The position numbers and the translations under genes were made by a program. A model generated the notes under the pieces. That model worked only from the letters and a program-made list of their open reading frames with translations. It was not told the DNA's origin and did no database searches. 64,000 bases of DNA from Octopus sinensis (lineage: Eukaryota). Every line of letters begins with the position of its first letter. The first letter of the stretch is position 1. This document shows, one piece after another, positions 24,036-35,493 of this stretch. Location of the stretch: the NCBI RefSeq assembly GCF_006345805.1, contig NC_042998.1, positions 175,026,001-175,090,000 on the forward strand, in the 5' to 3' direction.

Positions 24036-24982
24036 ATAAATATGCTTAATTAGAGCTAACCTATGATAAACATAAGTTGATAAAAAATTAACTTATACTT
24101 TGGGACTATGTTGTAGATCCTGTGTTTTGCATTAGCTAGATCTATATAACTACAGACAGGCATGAAATGAAATTTGTGAAAAATACCAAATGAAATACTT
24201 ATAGAAAAGATTATTATTAATATAATTGTTGTTGGAGAAAATATTTAGCAGAATTTATTCATACTTTTTTATGTCCCACATTCAAATCCTATTGAGGCCA
24301 ACTTTTTCTTCCATCCTTCTGGGATTAATGACATACAGTAGTAGTAAAGTGCTGGAGTTGATATAACCAATTGTTCCCCTTCCACAAAATTTCAGGCCTT
24401 GTGTTATTGAAACAATTATTAAAGGTGGGGACAATGGATTGATAGAATCATTAGTGTGTTGCAGCATTTGTTTGAGTTACGAAATTCTGCTGAAGTCAGC
24501 TTTGTCTTTTACCCTTTCAGGATCAGTAAAATAACCAAGTCTTGTGGTGTATTCGTTTAATCATTTACTCACCCTGTAATTTATAGCGTTGTTTGTAAAT
24601 TATAATTATTAAGTAAGGCAATAGATTGGCAGAATCATTAGAGCATTGGAAAAAATGCCTTGCGGCTTTTGTTCTGGCTCTTGACATTCTAAGTTCAAAT
24701 CTTCCCAAGGTTAGTTTTGCTTTTTGATCTCTTAAAGGGATAAAATAAAATATCAGTAATGTACTGGGGTTGAGATATCAACTAGCCTTCTCCAATAAAA
24801 AAACTACTGGCCTTGTGCCTGAATTAGAAGCAATTATTTTTATTGTTAAGCTATGAAATTGTTCTACACGCTGACTTGTAGAACAATGTTAAACAGTTAC
24901 CTTTGCATATCAGATGGATCCACTATTAACCAAGTCCATTCATAATGGAAGAACATGCAGTTTTCTTGACTGGTAGCTGTAG

Positions 24983-25102
24983 AATTTATATGGTTGACAA
25001 GATTGAAAGGACTGAGAACAAACTTTCTTCTTCAACCAAGTGCTCTTCAAGTTCTACTTGACATTGAGAGGAAGGTGATGTTACTCACCAAAGAATTTCC
25101 TG
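24983..25102 (+). CDS. Candidate internal coding exon (120 nt, phase 1-1) of an unidentified gene
   Basis: ttttcttgactggtagctgtag acceptor, G|gtgagt donor, open frame FIWLTRLKGLRTNFLLQPSALQVLLDIERKVMLLTKEFP. Non-repetitive. Protein family not recognised. Confidence 0.45.
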
Positions 25103-28100
25103 GTGAGTAACGGTGAATGAAAATAGCTAGAATGGTTTGAATGAATGAAAGGTGAGTGAAAATAGCTAGAATGGTTTGAATGAATGCACATCTGCAGGTC
25201 AGAGAACACAACTGGCAGAGGGTATTTGTCTTTCATAATCAGAGAAGTCCCGGATATACAGGATTATTTGAGTGGGCCTAGGTATTGCCACCTGTTGGGG
25301 GCATCTCATTTTATATCTTTTGTATACTTTTTATGTTGTTTTTTTTTTCTTTTAATGATTTTCCACAACTACCATAGGCCATTTTATTTTTGTAATGTAT
25401 CCTTGTTCTCTTATTCATTTCCTTTGTGGCAGATAAAAATTATCATCATTAGTGGTAGTCATAGGATGGTAGATTGGTACAATCATTAAAATATTGGTCA
25501 AAATATTTTGCAATATTTCTACCAACTCCTTACATTCTGAAATCAAATCCTGCTAATGTCAATTTTGCCCTTCATCTGTCTGACATCAATAAAATAAAGT
25601 GCCAATCAAGTACTGGTCTTGATTTAATTAACTTTGTGGGTATAGCAAAAACTGTTATTATTTAGAGCTATTGGTTGGGAGAAAAAATACTTTGTGGTAT
25701 TTGTTCTGGTTCTTTATATTCTGAGTTCAATTCCTGCTGAAGTCAACTGTACCTCTTATTCATTTAGGGTTAATTAAGTACCAGTACATGCTGGGGTTGA
25801 CACAATCAACTAATTTCATAGTCCTTTGAAATTTCTGGTATTGTGCTTAAATCAGAAACTGTTACAAAACAGTGAGCTGGTGGAATTGGTCGAGTGGTAG
25901 AAAAATGTCTAGCAGTATTCCTTCTGGCTCTTTACCTTCTGAGCTCAAATCCCACCTCGATCAACTTTCCCTTTCATTCTTTTGAGGTCCATAAATTAAA
26001 GAACCAATCAAGTATTGGGCTCTATGATATTGTCTAATTCTCTTCCCCAAAAGTATTGGCCTTGTGCTCAAATTAGAAACAGTTGCTGCTGTTGTTATTT
26101 TCGGTACTTTCACACAAGTTTTTCACTGCATCACTGCTTTTGTGAGATGTGCATAGTATAGTTACTTCGGGATAATGAGAAAATATTTGTATTGCATTTA
26201 ATTTACTTTGCTGTGAGTTTTTTTTTGTTTCTTTTTTATCTTGCTATTCTTCTTGTTTGTTGTAAAAGCCTATATAGTGTTAAAAGAATGTGATTATAAG
26301 ATATGTTGTCTAGGAATTAGCTTTGTGATTGAATTGAAAGTGCCTTACATTGAATGTTTGCTATTTCTTGAATTAAATTTACAGTTGTGAGCCATGGTAT
26401 GGTTTCTCGTTTTATTCATGTTCCTTCTTTTTATTATAATTAATGTACTAAATATTATTATTACTGTTTTAATTGTAGTATATTACATCATTACATACTT
26501 AATTTCTTTTCCCCTATGGAGGATACACCACCAACTTCTCTCCACTCTAGACTGTAAGGCCTTCCTCTCCTGGGTCTTGCTAGCTTTGCATTGTCATTAA
26601 TGCTTCTGTAATTTTGCTTTTTAGTTATCATAAGTAGGGATTGTTGGCCCTACACAAACCCTTTTCCATCTGTGGAGAGAGATGATCCGTATTAGTTTGA
26701 CCTGTCCAATCAGGAGCTTGTGCTTGCTGGCATAGCTCTCAGAGTCATTGAGCCATACAAGCCATCACACTATAACAAGGACTTGACCAATGGACATCAC
26801 ATTCTGTTTATTTCAATTCCTTCTAAGCAGTGTCTAGTTTGGAATGGATCAAGATGTCTGAGTGCATAGTTTAAAATTTTTTTTATTTTACCGGTTTAAA
26901 CAAACACGTCCAAAATAATTGCCGCCTTTTAAGTGCCTCATATTTTCTTATATCATTTACTCTCAATATATATCACTGGTAAAAATGGCTGATTTGATAA
27001 ATTGTTAGATTGCTCCCACAAGTTCACTTTTATTGCTAACATTTTGTTGTGTATTTGAAATGAACACTTAATTTTACATTGCCTCATGTTACTTTGTTAC
27101 ATGGATTTTCTTCGAAACTTACCTACAATAGACTTTCCTTCTCTCAATTGGTGAATTTATTTCTTATCTACTTAACTTCATGGATGGATTATTGTGGATC
27201 AGGAAAATATTAACTTTAATGTAGGATATATGATTAAAACAACTCCAGAAGTTTAGAAATTGGCAGGAAGAACAAAAACCAAATGCTATACTGGTTTGGA
27301 CATGTAATTCAAGTTTGTATTTGTTTAATGTGAAGATGATGGTTGGCATCTATGAACTTTGAAAGCTTTCCCAGTAATGAACTTGAGATTCTCTGTATTG
27401 ATATCAGGTTGGGAAAAACATGTGTACTGTATGTGCCAAAGGTCTGAAGAGGAACGGTGTGGGAAATTTATTTTAGAGAGTGTTGTACTTTTCCATCCAA
27501 AGGGCTTATAGTATGTTATCAACATTGAATAATATAAAAACAAGGCATCGTCTATGAAATTGCATAATATTGTAGATGTAGCTGTCAAATCTTCTTGCAA
27601 CACCCTAGGTGACTTGGGGGAAAAAAAGGACACATTGGAGACAATGTACTACTAAATGTACAGTATCTGGGAGAAAGATAGGACAGACATGGCTGGAATT
27701 TATTTGATCATATATATAGTTAGCTACAATCACTTGTTGAACAGTCTATAGACCTATCAAAACAAGTTTTGATATCCCTCTGGATGGAACAGCTGACTGC
27801 TACGCTGCAACTTATACTGTACTACCAAGTATTCTTTTCTACTCTTGGCACAAGGCCCGAAAGTTTTGGAGAGGGGCACCAGTCGATTAGATCAATGGTA
27901 CTTAATTTACTGACCCCAAAATGAAAGGCAAAGTCGACCTCGGTGGAATCTGAACTCAGAACATAAAGACAGTCGTAATACTGCTAAGCATTTTGCCTGG
28001 CATACTAACGTTTCTGCCAGCTTGCTGCCTTTGTACTACCAAATATTGCATGATTAAGTGTGCAGTATGGTTCAAAACCAAACTAAAGAACAGTATGTTG

Positions 28101-29262
28101 AGTATGTACTAAACATGTTAGTATCTGAATATCTTTATGGGTTTTGTTAAACAGACAAGACTAGGTCTTCTCCAACAATAACAGTATGAGCCAGTGAGAG
28201 AATCTTTACATAATTACTTGGCATGTGAAAACAATTGACAAATTTTCTCAAAATCACACTTCACCCTCTCCATAGGAGAATGACATATTGCATAATGTAA
28301 TCCTATATTTGTACATTGTCTGAAAATAAGATGTGATATTTAGGCCTGGAATGCTTTGATCATAAGTCTGTTTGATCAGAACTGACTTTGGGCTAAACAG
28401 TTTTGTTTACTTTCTGATTTGACTTTCTATATATTAGGCCAACTTGGACTTACAACTCATTGGTTAGTGATATATTAACTATTTCATTAGGAAAATGATT
28501 GCAATTGATTACATGGATATCAAAGAGTTCTGATAACCCGCAGTAATCCAAATCTAGAGTTCGATACCCAGTTAAACTATATCAATTTATTTAGAATATC
28601 TGGTTGTTCATAATAGCCTGGAGAGGGAGAAGGCTAACTTGGCCTCAATGTATGTGCAGAGCTAATGACATTAGTAAGGTATTGAAAGAGAGGGTAGTGG
28701 TGGTGGTCATTATTGTTTACAGACATTCATTGTTTGATCTAGTTAAGAAAGAATATATTTTTCTTTGTAGCTCAGTAGAACACCTAGGTGAATAGGCTAC
28801 CTCTATATCTCTCCTGAAGAGGTGTTGATTAGGCAAGATAATACCAAACAAAATTCTATACAAGTGGCTTATTTATCAACTGTCACATCTACGATAGGGA
28901 TTTAATACCTACTGCGTCTATACTATCATTCAAAGTACACCTGGCTCTTCACTTGCTTAGAGTGACCATGACAACCACTTGTACTGTAAGCAGTGTGGGA
29001 ATTCGATTGGAATCGTAATAGGGAGTATAAGGGGTAGACTTGAAAATGAAAATAACATAACACACCTTAATGGTTCATTGATCTGTAAACAAAGTAATGT
29101 GTATAGCATTTTTATTTATCTAGCATACACACACACACACACACACATTCAATTAGGTGAACTTGTGTAGGTGGATGCATGTTAGATAAGGAGTTACACA
29201 CCCACAGACATATATACACACACTTAGAATATAATTCTAATCCTAAAAATGCAAAATACTGA

Positions 29263-29682
29263 CTCTCTCTTTTACTCTTTTACTCTTTTACTTGTTTCAG
29301 TCATTTGACTGCGGCCATGCTGGAGCACCACCTTTAGTCGAGCAACTCGACCCCGGGACTTATTCTTTGTAAGCCCAGTACTTATTCTATCGGTCTCTTT
29401 TGCCGAACCGCTAAGTGACGGGGACATAAACACACCAGCATCGGTTGTCAAGCAATGCTAGGGGGACAAACACAGATACATAAACACACACACACACGCA
29501 TATATATATACATATATATGACGGGCTTCTTTCAGTTTCCGTCTACCAAATCCACTCACAAGGCTTTGGTCGGCCCGAGGCTATAGTAGAAGACACTTGC
29601 CCAAGGTGCCACGCAGTGGGACTGAACCCGGAACCATGTGGTTGGTAAACAAGCTACTTACCACACAGCCACTCCTGCGCCT
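29263..29682 (-). mobile_element. Family A SINE, full length, young
   Basis: CpGs retained; near-identical to 1011-1423. Confidence 0.92.
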
Positions 29683-30149
29683 CATTTTTTTTTGTTTAAA
29701 AGAAGAGCAGGCTGTGTCACTAAAATCTTGCAGTTACTTCTTTTTAGCATTTAGTAGTTCTTGAGTTTAGTTTATATTGGAATTGACTTTAAGAAATGTA
29801 TATTTTTATTTAAAGCCTCGAATTCACTCCACCACTCTCTTGCTTATAGATTCATTCATTCATGCATTAAAATCTGTGAAGCTTTGAGTAGCCACAGAGT
29901 GAATCAAGTTTCAAATTTTTAAATAAATTCTCCTTGTAATGGGCTCTTTTTCTCTCATTTGTATAAAGAAACGCCCCCTCCCCCCTCACACACACAACAT
30001 TTAATATTGATTCCTTCAAGTTTGAATCTTTTCTGTTGCTTTTAGGTTTCTGCTGTATGATTTTGCTGTAAAAAAGCTTGTGTGTTTTGATTAGCAAGAG
30101 TTTGAGGTCTTTTTGCCATTTAAACCTCCAGGTTAGCCCTAATTGAGTC

Positions 30150-31283
30150 AATCTAGAGTGAATGGCATTCCAGTCATAACCACTTCTTTGGGATAGAGCT
30201 TCTTGTTTGACATGGCCATGCCAACCTGAATGTTTTCTCATGTGTTGTGTCTGTCCATCACAAGTACATGGTTCTTACCAGTGAGATTTGCCTCTTTCAC
30301 CAATCTCAAAACAACATTGTCTGTAGTATCATCTAGCTCCTCTACTTTACTGTTACCTCCTCTCTGTGTATTTTTCTGCATTCATGATGCATCCTGTTTT
30401 CCCTTCAAACAGAATGATTTTATTACAAATCTTATGGGTTTGTCTTTATTTTGATTGATATCATCCCTTCGTCTAGGCTAAGGTACTGCTCTGAGTTGTA
30501 ATGCTCATGGAATTTATTCAGCAGTGTGTTGAGTAGTGGCCTAACTTTATATATCTTGTCTGATTTGTCTATGATGTCATCATTTTCGTTGATTACATGA
30601 AGGTACGGGTATGCTCTAAAAGCAAATCACCTGGCCCTTAACATAACTTCTTCGAAGTCATATGTGTGTGTGTGTGTGTGACAAGTTTTTGCCTTCTGAC
30701 TGCCGGTACTCCCTATATATACTGTAACTTGATCACACAAGTTTCTGTTTCAAGATGCAGAAAGGTTTTGCTTCTTCAACACTAAAAACTTGCAATCTTT
30801 ACAATAATATTTATTGGGGGTTGTTTCTCAGGCCTGCATGGCAAGCAGATTGGTTTGGTAGGCGAGGTTTTCCAAGAATTGATCATCCAGAAATATGTTT
30901 ACGAATTCAATTGGTTTACACTCACCATTTATGCTATCTGCAATGTTTTTAAGCTCACAATTTGAAGCATTAAATGGGTCTGTGCCAATAGTGTCTGCAT
31001 AGTCTTTGCAGGCATTCAGTTTTGTAGTGCCACGCCCCCTTTTTGCACCACAGGATTCATTATCCAAATCATCTTCACTGTCACTACTTTCACTTCCTAC
31101 ACTGTGCCTGTCATTGTCAGAAATAGATTCCAAGTCACTATCTGAGTAATCCACATAATTTTCGGCATTTAATTTCCTGAATTTATCCAATATGTTAAAC
31201 ACTTGACTGGCAGTGTATAGCTTCTGGCTCTTATATCTTGATCCTGATGGCCCTGGCACATTTTTTGTCACTAGAGCTTGTTT
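30150..31283 (-). pseudogene. piggyBac-superfamily (PGBD4-like, DDE_Tnp_1_7) transposase pseudogene with stops and frameshifts
   Basis: Acidic N-terminus then PIEFVNIFLDDQFLENLAYQTNLLA; LHVINENDDIIDKSDKIYKVRPLLNTLLNKFHEHYNSEQYLSLDEGMI (first catalytic D); LFEGKTGCIMNAEKYT; VVLRLVKEANLTGKNHVLVMDRHN (second catalytic D). The motif order is as in piggyBac transposases. Confidence 0.88.
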
Positions 31284-31284
31284 C

Positions 31285-31528
31285 GTGGAGGCGCATGGCT
31301 TAGTGGTTAGGGTGACAGCACAATCGTAAGATTGTGGTTTCAATTCCTGGACTGGGCAACGCGTTGTGTTCTTGAGCAAAACACTTCATTTCATGTTGCT
31401 CCAGTCCACTCAGCTGGCAAAAATGAGTAACGCTGTGATGGACTGATGTCCCATCCAGCTGGGGAACACAAATGCCATAGAAACCAGGAAACCGGGCCCA
31501 TGAACCTGGCTAGACTTTAAAAGGGGGG
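31285..31528 (+). mobile_element. Family D SINE inserted at the 5' end of the piggyBac ORF
   Basis: gtggaggcgcatggcttagtggttaggg head and gatggactgatgtcccatccagctgggg...gaaaccgggcccatga 3' block shared with 23722. Confidence 0.85.
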
Positions 31529-32302
31529 GGGATCTTCTTTCAATGTGAAATTTCTTCCTGTTTCTACAAGAACATGCCATCAAGACAATCGGATTGGGCA
31601 CAGATATATTGTCTTACTTTCAGATATAACAGACATTTTGATTGGCCAATCGAAAAGGATCAAAACTCACTTAATCAAACACATACTGTACTCACTGACA
31701 CTATACACTACAGCATGTGCACACCTAGCATTGCCGCCGCTACACCAGTGTATGAATTGTCAATATTCTCATTCAGCAGCAGACAATACACGTGTTTCAA
31801 GAGCAGACTTCTTATATCAGGTACCCATCCTCCTCCACTTGCTTCCCTGGTTGATACTTTGTAAAGTACCAGTACTTGTAAGTTGAGACACATTGTTGTT
31901 TTGGGGCTGGCTTTTGTCATCCATAAATAAATGCACCTTTGTCAAATGATGAAATGAATTGAAACCTTAAACAAATCTACAAGTTCAAGTAGTTCAAAGG
32001 ATAGACATCTACTATGTTTTATCTAAACTGTTACTATTAAATTTGCCCTGATATTATTTTAATTTGTTCTGAGTTTATTTTAATTTTTTTTTTGAGATGA
32101 TTTAATTAATTTTGAGTTTGTTTCAAATTATACATGGAAAGGTATAGTTGGCTCTTAATAGAGTTGTTGTTTAACTCCAAGCCAGCTCTAATCAAGTAGA
32201 CCTATGACCAAAAAGCATTCTAGTCATGACCACCCTATCTGTATTCCAGAAACTACACCATCAGGTTGTGTTCTTCATTTTCTTAGGACAGTAGAGAAAG
32301 CC

Positions 32303-32530
32303 TTAACTCTTTCATTACCAACCCGGCTGAAACCGGCTCTGGCTCTGAGTACAAATGTCTTGTTTTCATGAGTTTTGAATTGAAATCTTCCACCAAACCT
32401 TAATCACAATTTATGTTCCTAACACTAGCTGAATGATAACCAAGTTATTTTACTAAGTTCTTTGTTATATTTAAAATAATTGAATGAAACACAGAGCATC
32501 TCAAAATAAATACAGTAATGAAAGGGTTAA
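32303..32530. mobile_element. piggyBac-type MITE with TTAA target duplication
   Basis: TTAA-ctctttcattac ... gtaatgaaaggg-TTAA (11/12 TIR match). It interrupts an older repeat that resumes as gagagatttgactgctattt. Confidence 0.9.
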
Positions 32531-33240
32531 GAGAGATTTGACTGCTATTTTGCCCACATAGGATATCCCTTATTGCCTTGGCAGTGGTGCAGAATGACAG
32601 TTGTCACCATGTGGTCATGTTGGTCATAGTGATGGTGATTGTGGTGAAAATTATGTGTTAAGATGGTGGCAGTAATGCAAGTTGTGGTAGTGATGGTATT
32701 TAAAGCAATTATCTGCGGTGGTTGTGATTTTTTGGTGTTTGGTTTGTTGGTTATGTTGCTTGTTGGTGATACTGCTGTTGATCATATAGATGGCAGTGTT
32801 ACTGCCTCTGCCTCCTCTCCATTATGGTAACGGTGCTGGCAGTATATAAAAGTGTATGTATGTAAATGTCTGTTTATGCTGACTGCATGTATACTTGCAC
32901 GAGATTGTATATTAGCCTAAGACCGTATATCCATGTCTAAATATTGCTGGTTTTCCCCTGTGTATCTATTAGATATGTATATGTTTTTATGTGGCCTATA
33001 TGTGTATTTATGTGTTTGTGCATGAATGCATATGTATACATTACTGTTTAGAGCATTTGGGGAAGTGGGTTGTTGGCTTGTCTGTGTATGTATGTGTATA
33101 GGTGTATATGTGTATGTATTGCATTAATTCTAGAGTTACTCTGATAAGATAAGCTGTTGAATCAGAGTTACTAATTTTTTTGTTTTTGTTTTTCTTAGTC
33201 TTTTATTTATTTATTTTTAATGTGTTCTTCATTTGTGCAG

Positions 33241-33266
33241 TACTTCCATTCAGTCCTGGAGAGCTG
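33241..33266 (+). CDS. Candidate micro-exon (LPFSPGEL; the donor may instead be after 33279)
   Basis: Strong acceptor tgtgttcttcatttgtgcag and phase-1 entry compatible with 24983-25102. Donors are weak (gtatca or gttcgt). Confidence 0.25.
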
Positions 33267-34373
33267 GTATCAGCCCTAGGTTCGTTATATATATCTAACT
33301 AATTTTGAGGTTTATAAGATTGTGAGTTCATGGATTGTTACAGGTACGAAATGGATAAAGTAGGTTGTATAATTATTTGGTGGCTCATGAGTCATGGGAC
33401 GACATCCTGCTGTGAGCTTTTCATTGTGTGTTCAAAGAGACACTCTGTTCTCTGTTGCCTAAGTCCACCTGACTGATATGATAATTTGCTTTCTGTCCTG
33501 GGAAGCAGTTGTTTCTTGTATGCTTAAAAACTCCGTGGGTCCGCCATATGAATTTTTGAAGGTTTTGAAAAGCAGTTAACATTTATGTTAACTATCATTG
33601 AATATGTTTGGGTACATAAGAGTATCAAGGCAGAGTGGGTGTGTCCCTCCACACACACACTGTTTTTTGCTCTGTTAAATGAAGTACAGAAAATAAGACC
33701 AGTTTGAAGAAAAAACTTTCATTCACGGCTTTTAGGAAGGTAGAACCAGGTACTTGGTGTTTAATGTGTGATTTTGTTTTGTTGCTGTTTATACAGTTTG
33801 TTTTTATTGTTGTAACGTTATTTTGCTCTCAATCTCTTTCTCTCTCTCTCAAATGTCACTTTGAAGAATGGCAAAGCTACTTTCATGCTAATACATGCAC
33901 ATACAACATACATATTCATGCACTTACCACCACACTCACACGCCTTTCACATTTGTTTACTCCTACATTCACACACATTTATCCACCCACGCTTCACACC
34001 TCGGCACCGCTCTCCTCCTTGCACCCATTCAGGCAAGCCACTCTACCTCACTATTGCATCGACAATTTTTTTTTTTATACATCTACTTTAGCTCAATAAG
34101 AGCGTACATGTAGACCAGTATAGGCATTTGAGACAGAGGGAAAGTTAGTAGGCTGAGTGGATGGAAATGCATAAACTAGCGACACACATACACATGCAAA
34201 CTTGTGCACAATGGAATGTTGAATCGCACACATACACACACACACAATGAACTGCAAAGATAAACATCCAGAAATCAGAAAATGAAATTTAGAAACACAT
34301 GTATAGCAAATTGAAGTCCTTTTCACATCCTTTACATATGTGTATGCGCACAGTGATATTTATGCATAAGCAC

Positions 34374-34412
<39 letters not shown>

Positions 34413-35229
34413 AAATGCTATTTATTTATAAATGTGTGTATGTGTAAACATGTGTCAGTGTGCACAGACACAGCTATATATACACAACTCCATACATATA
34501 TACACATGTATGTATATCATGCCTAGTATAATGTTATGTTTTTATTGCTGCATATCCTGGGAATAAAAAGTTCAGAAGAAAGCATATCAAATTGAACTTT
34601 TCAATTATTTTCTATAAATAAATAACATCTTTAAGAATCGGGGAGCTTGGGACCATTCTGCTTGCTGTTGCAATACAAGAGAGGGGAAGGGGGTAGATAG
34701 GTCGAGAGACAGACGACCAGTGGAGTAGACAGATAACAGGGGAGAAGGTTGAGTTTTTGTTGAATTCCAACACACATATTACCAGGATTCTTTCATTTGA
34801 ATTCTTAGCCCTGTGAGAACCTGCTTTATTTACTTTCTTTAAAACAAAGACACTATACACCCACCCTGTCTCCTAGAAATAGCAGCTAAAAGTTTCCAAT
34901 ACTTCACCCTTCTATCTTAAAAAGAAAGAAGGGGACAAGTTTGTAAAATAGTTGAAAGATGATCTTGAAAGGAATACCTTTGCATTTTGGCCATAGCTGT
35001 ATTTGATGATGGTTTCTGGAAAGGCATTTAAGCACCAACTACTGCTTTCCTTTCTTTCTCGTAATTTAAAAGTTTTATCATCCATAAATCATCCTTTAAA
35101 TTTTAATTAGAGGATTTTTGTATTGCATCAAAATCTCTCACTTTCTACAGTACTATAATGGAAAATAGACATCACTATCACAACATCTTATATCTCTCTT
35201 ACATCATGATATTTAGTCATAGCACATCT

Positions 35230-35493
35230 CATCATCATCATTGTTTAACGTCCGCTTTCCATGCTAGCATGGGTTGGACGGTTCAACAGGGATCTGGGAA
35301 GCCAGGAGGCTGCACCAGGCCCAGTCTGATCTGGCAGTGTTTGCACCAGGCCCAGTCTGATCTGGCAGTGTTTCTACAGCTAGATGCCCTTCTTAATGCC
35401 AACTACTCCGTGAGTGTAGTGGGTGCTTTTTACGTGCCAGGCGAGGCTGGCAACGGCCATGATCGGTTGGTGCTTTTTACGTGCCACCGGCAC
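35230..35493 (-). mobile_element. Family C element with an internal perfect 31-bp tandem duplication
   Basis: tgcaccaggcccagtctgatctggcagtgtt at 35311-35341 and 35342-35372. Confidence 0.9.

Noticed and set aside
30828-31379. 183-aa ORF as a host gene
   Set aside because: The first 31 or so codons come from the inserted SINE; the remainder is the broken piggyBac transposase.
31545-31886. Two overlapping + strand ORFs with acceptor and donor-like sites
   Set aside because: Both frames are open with no recognisable protein; better explained as the transposon 5' region.
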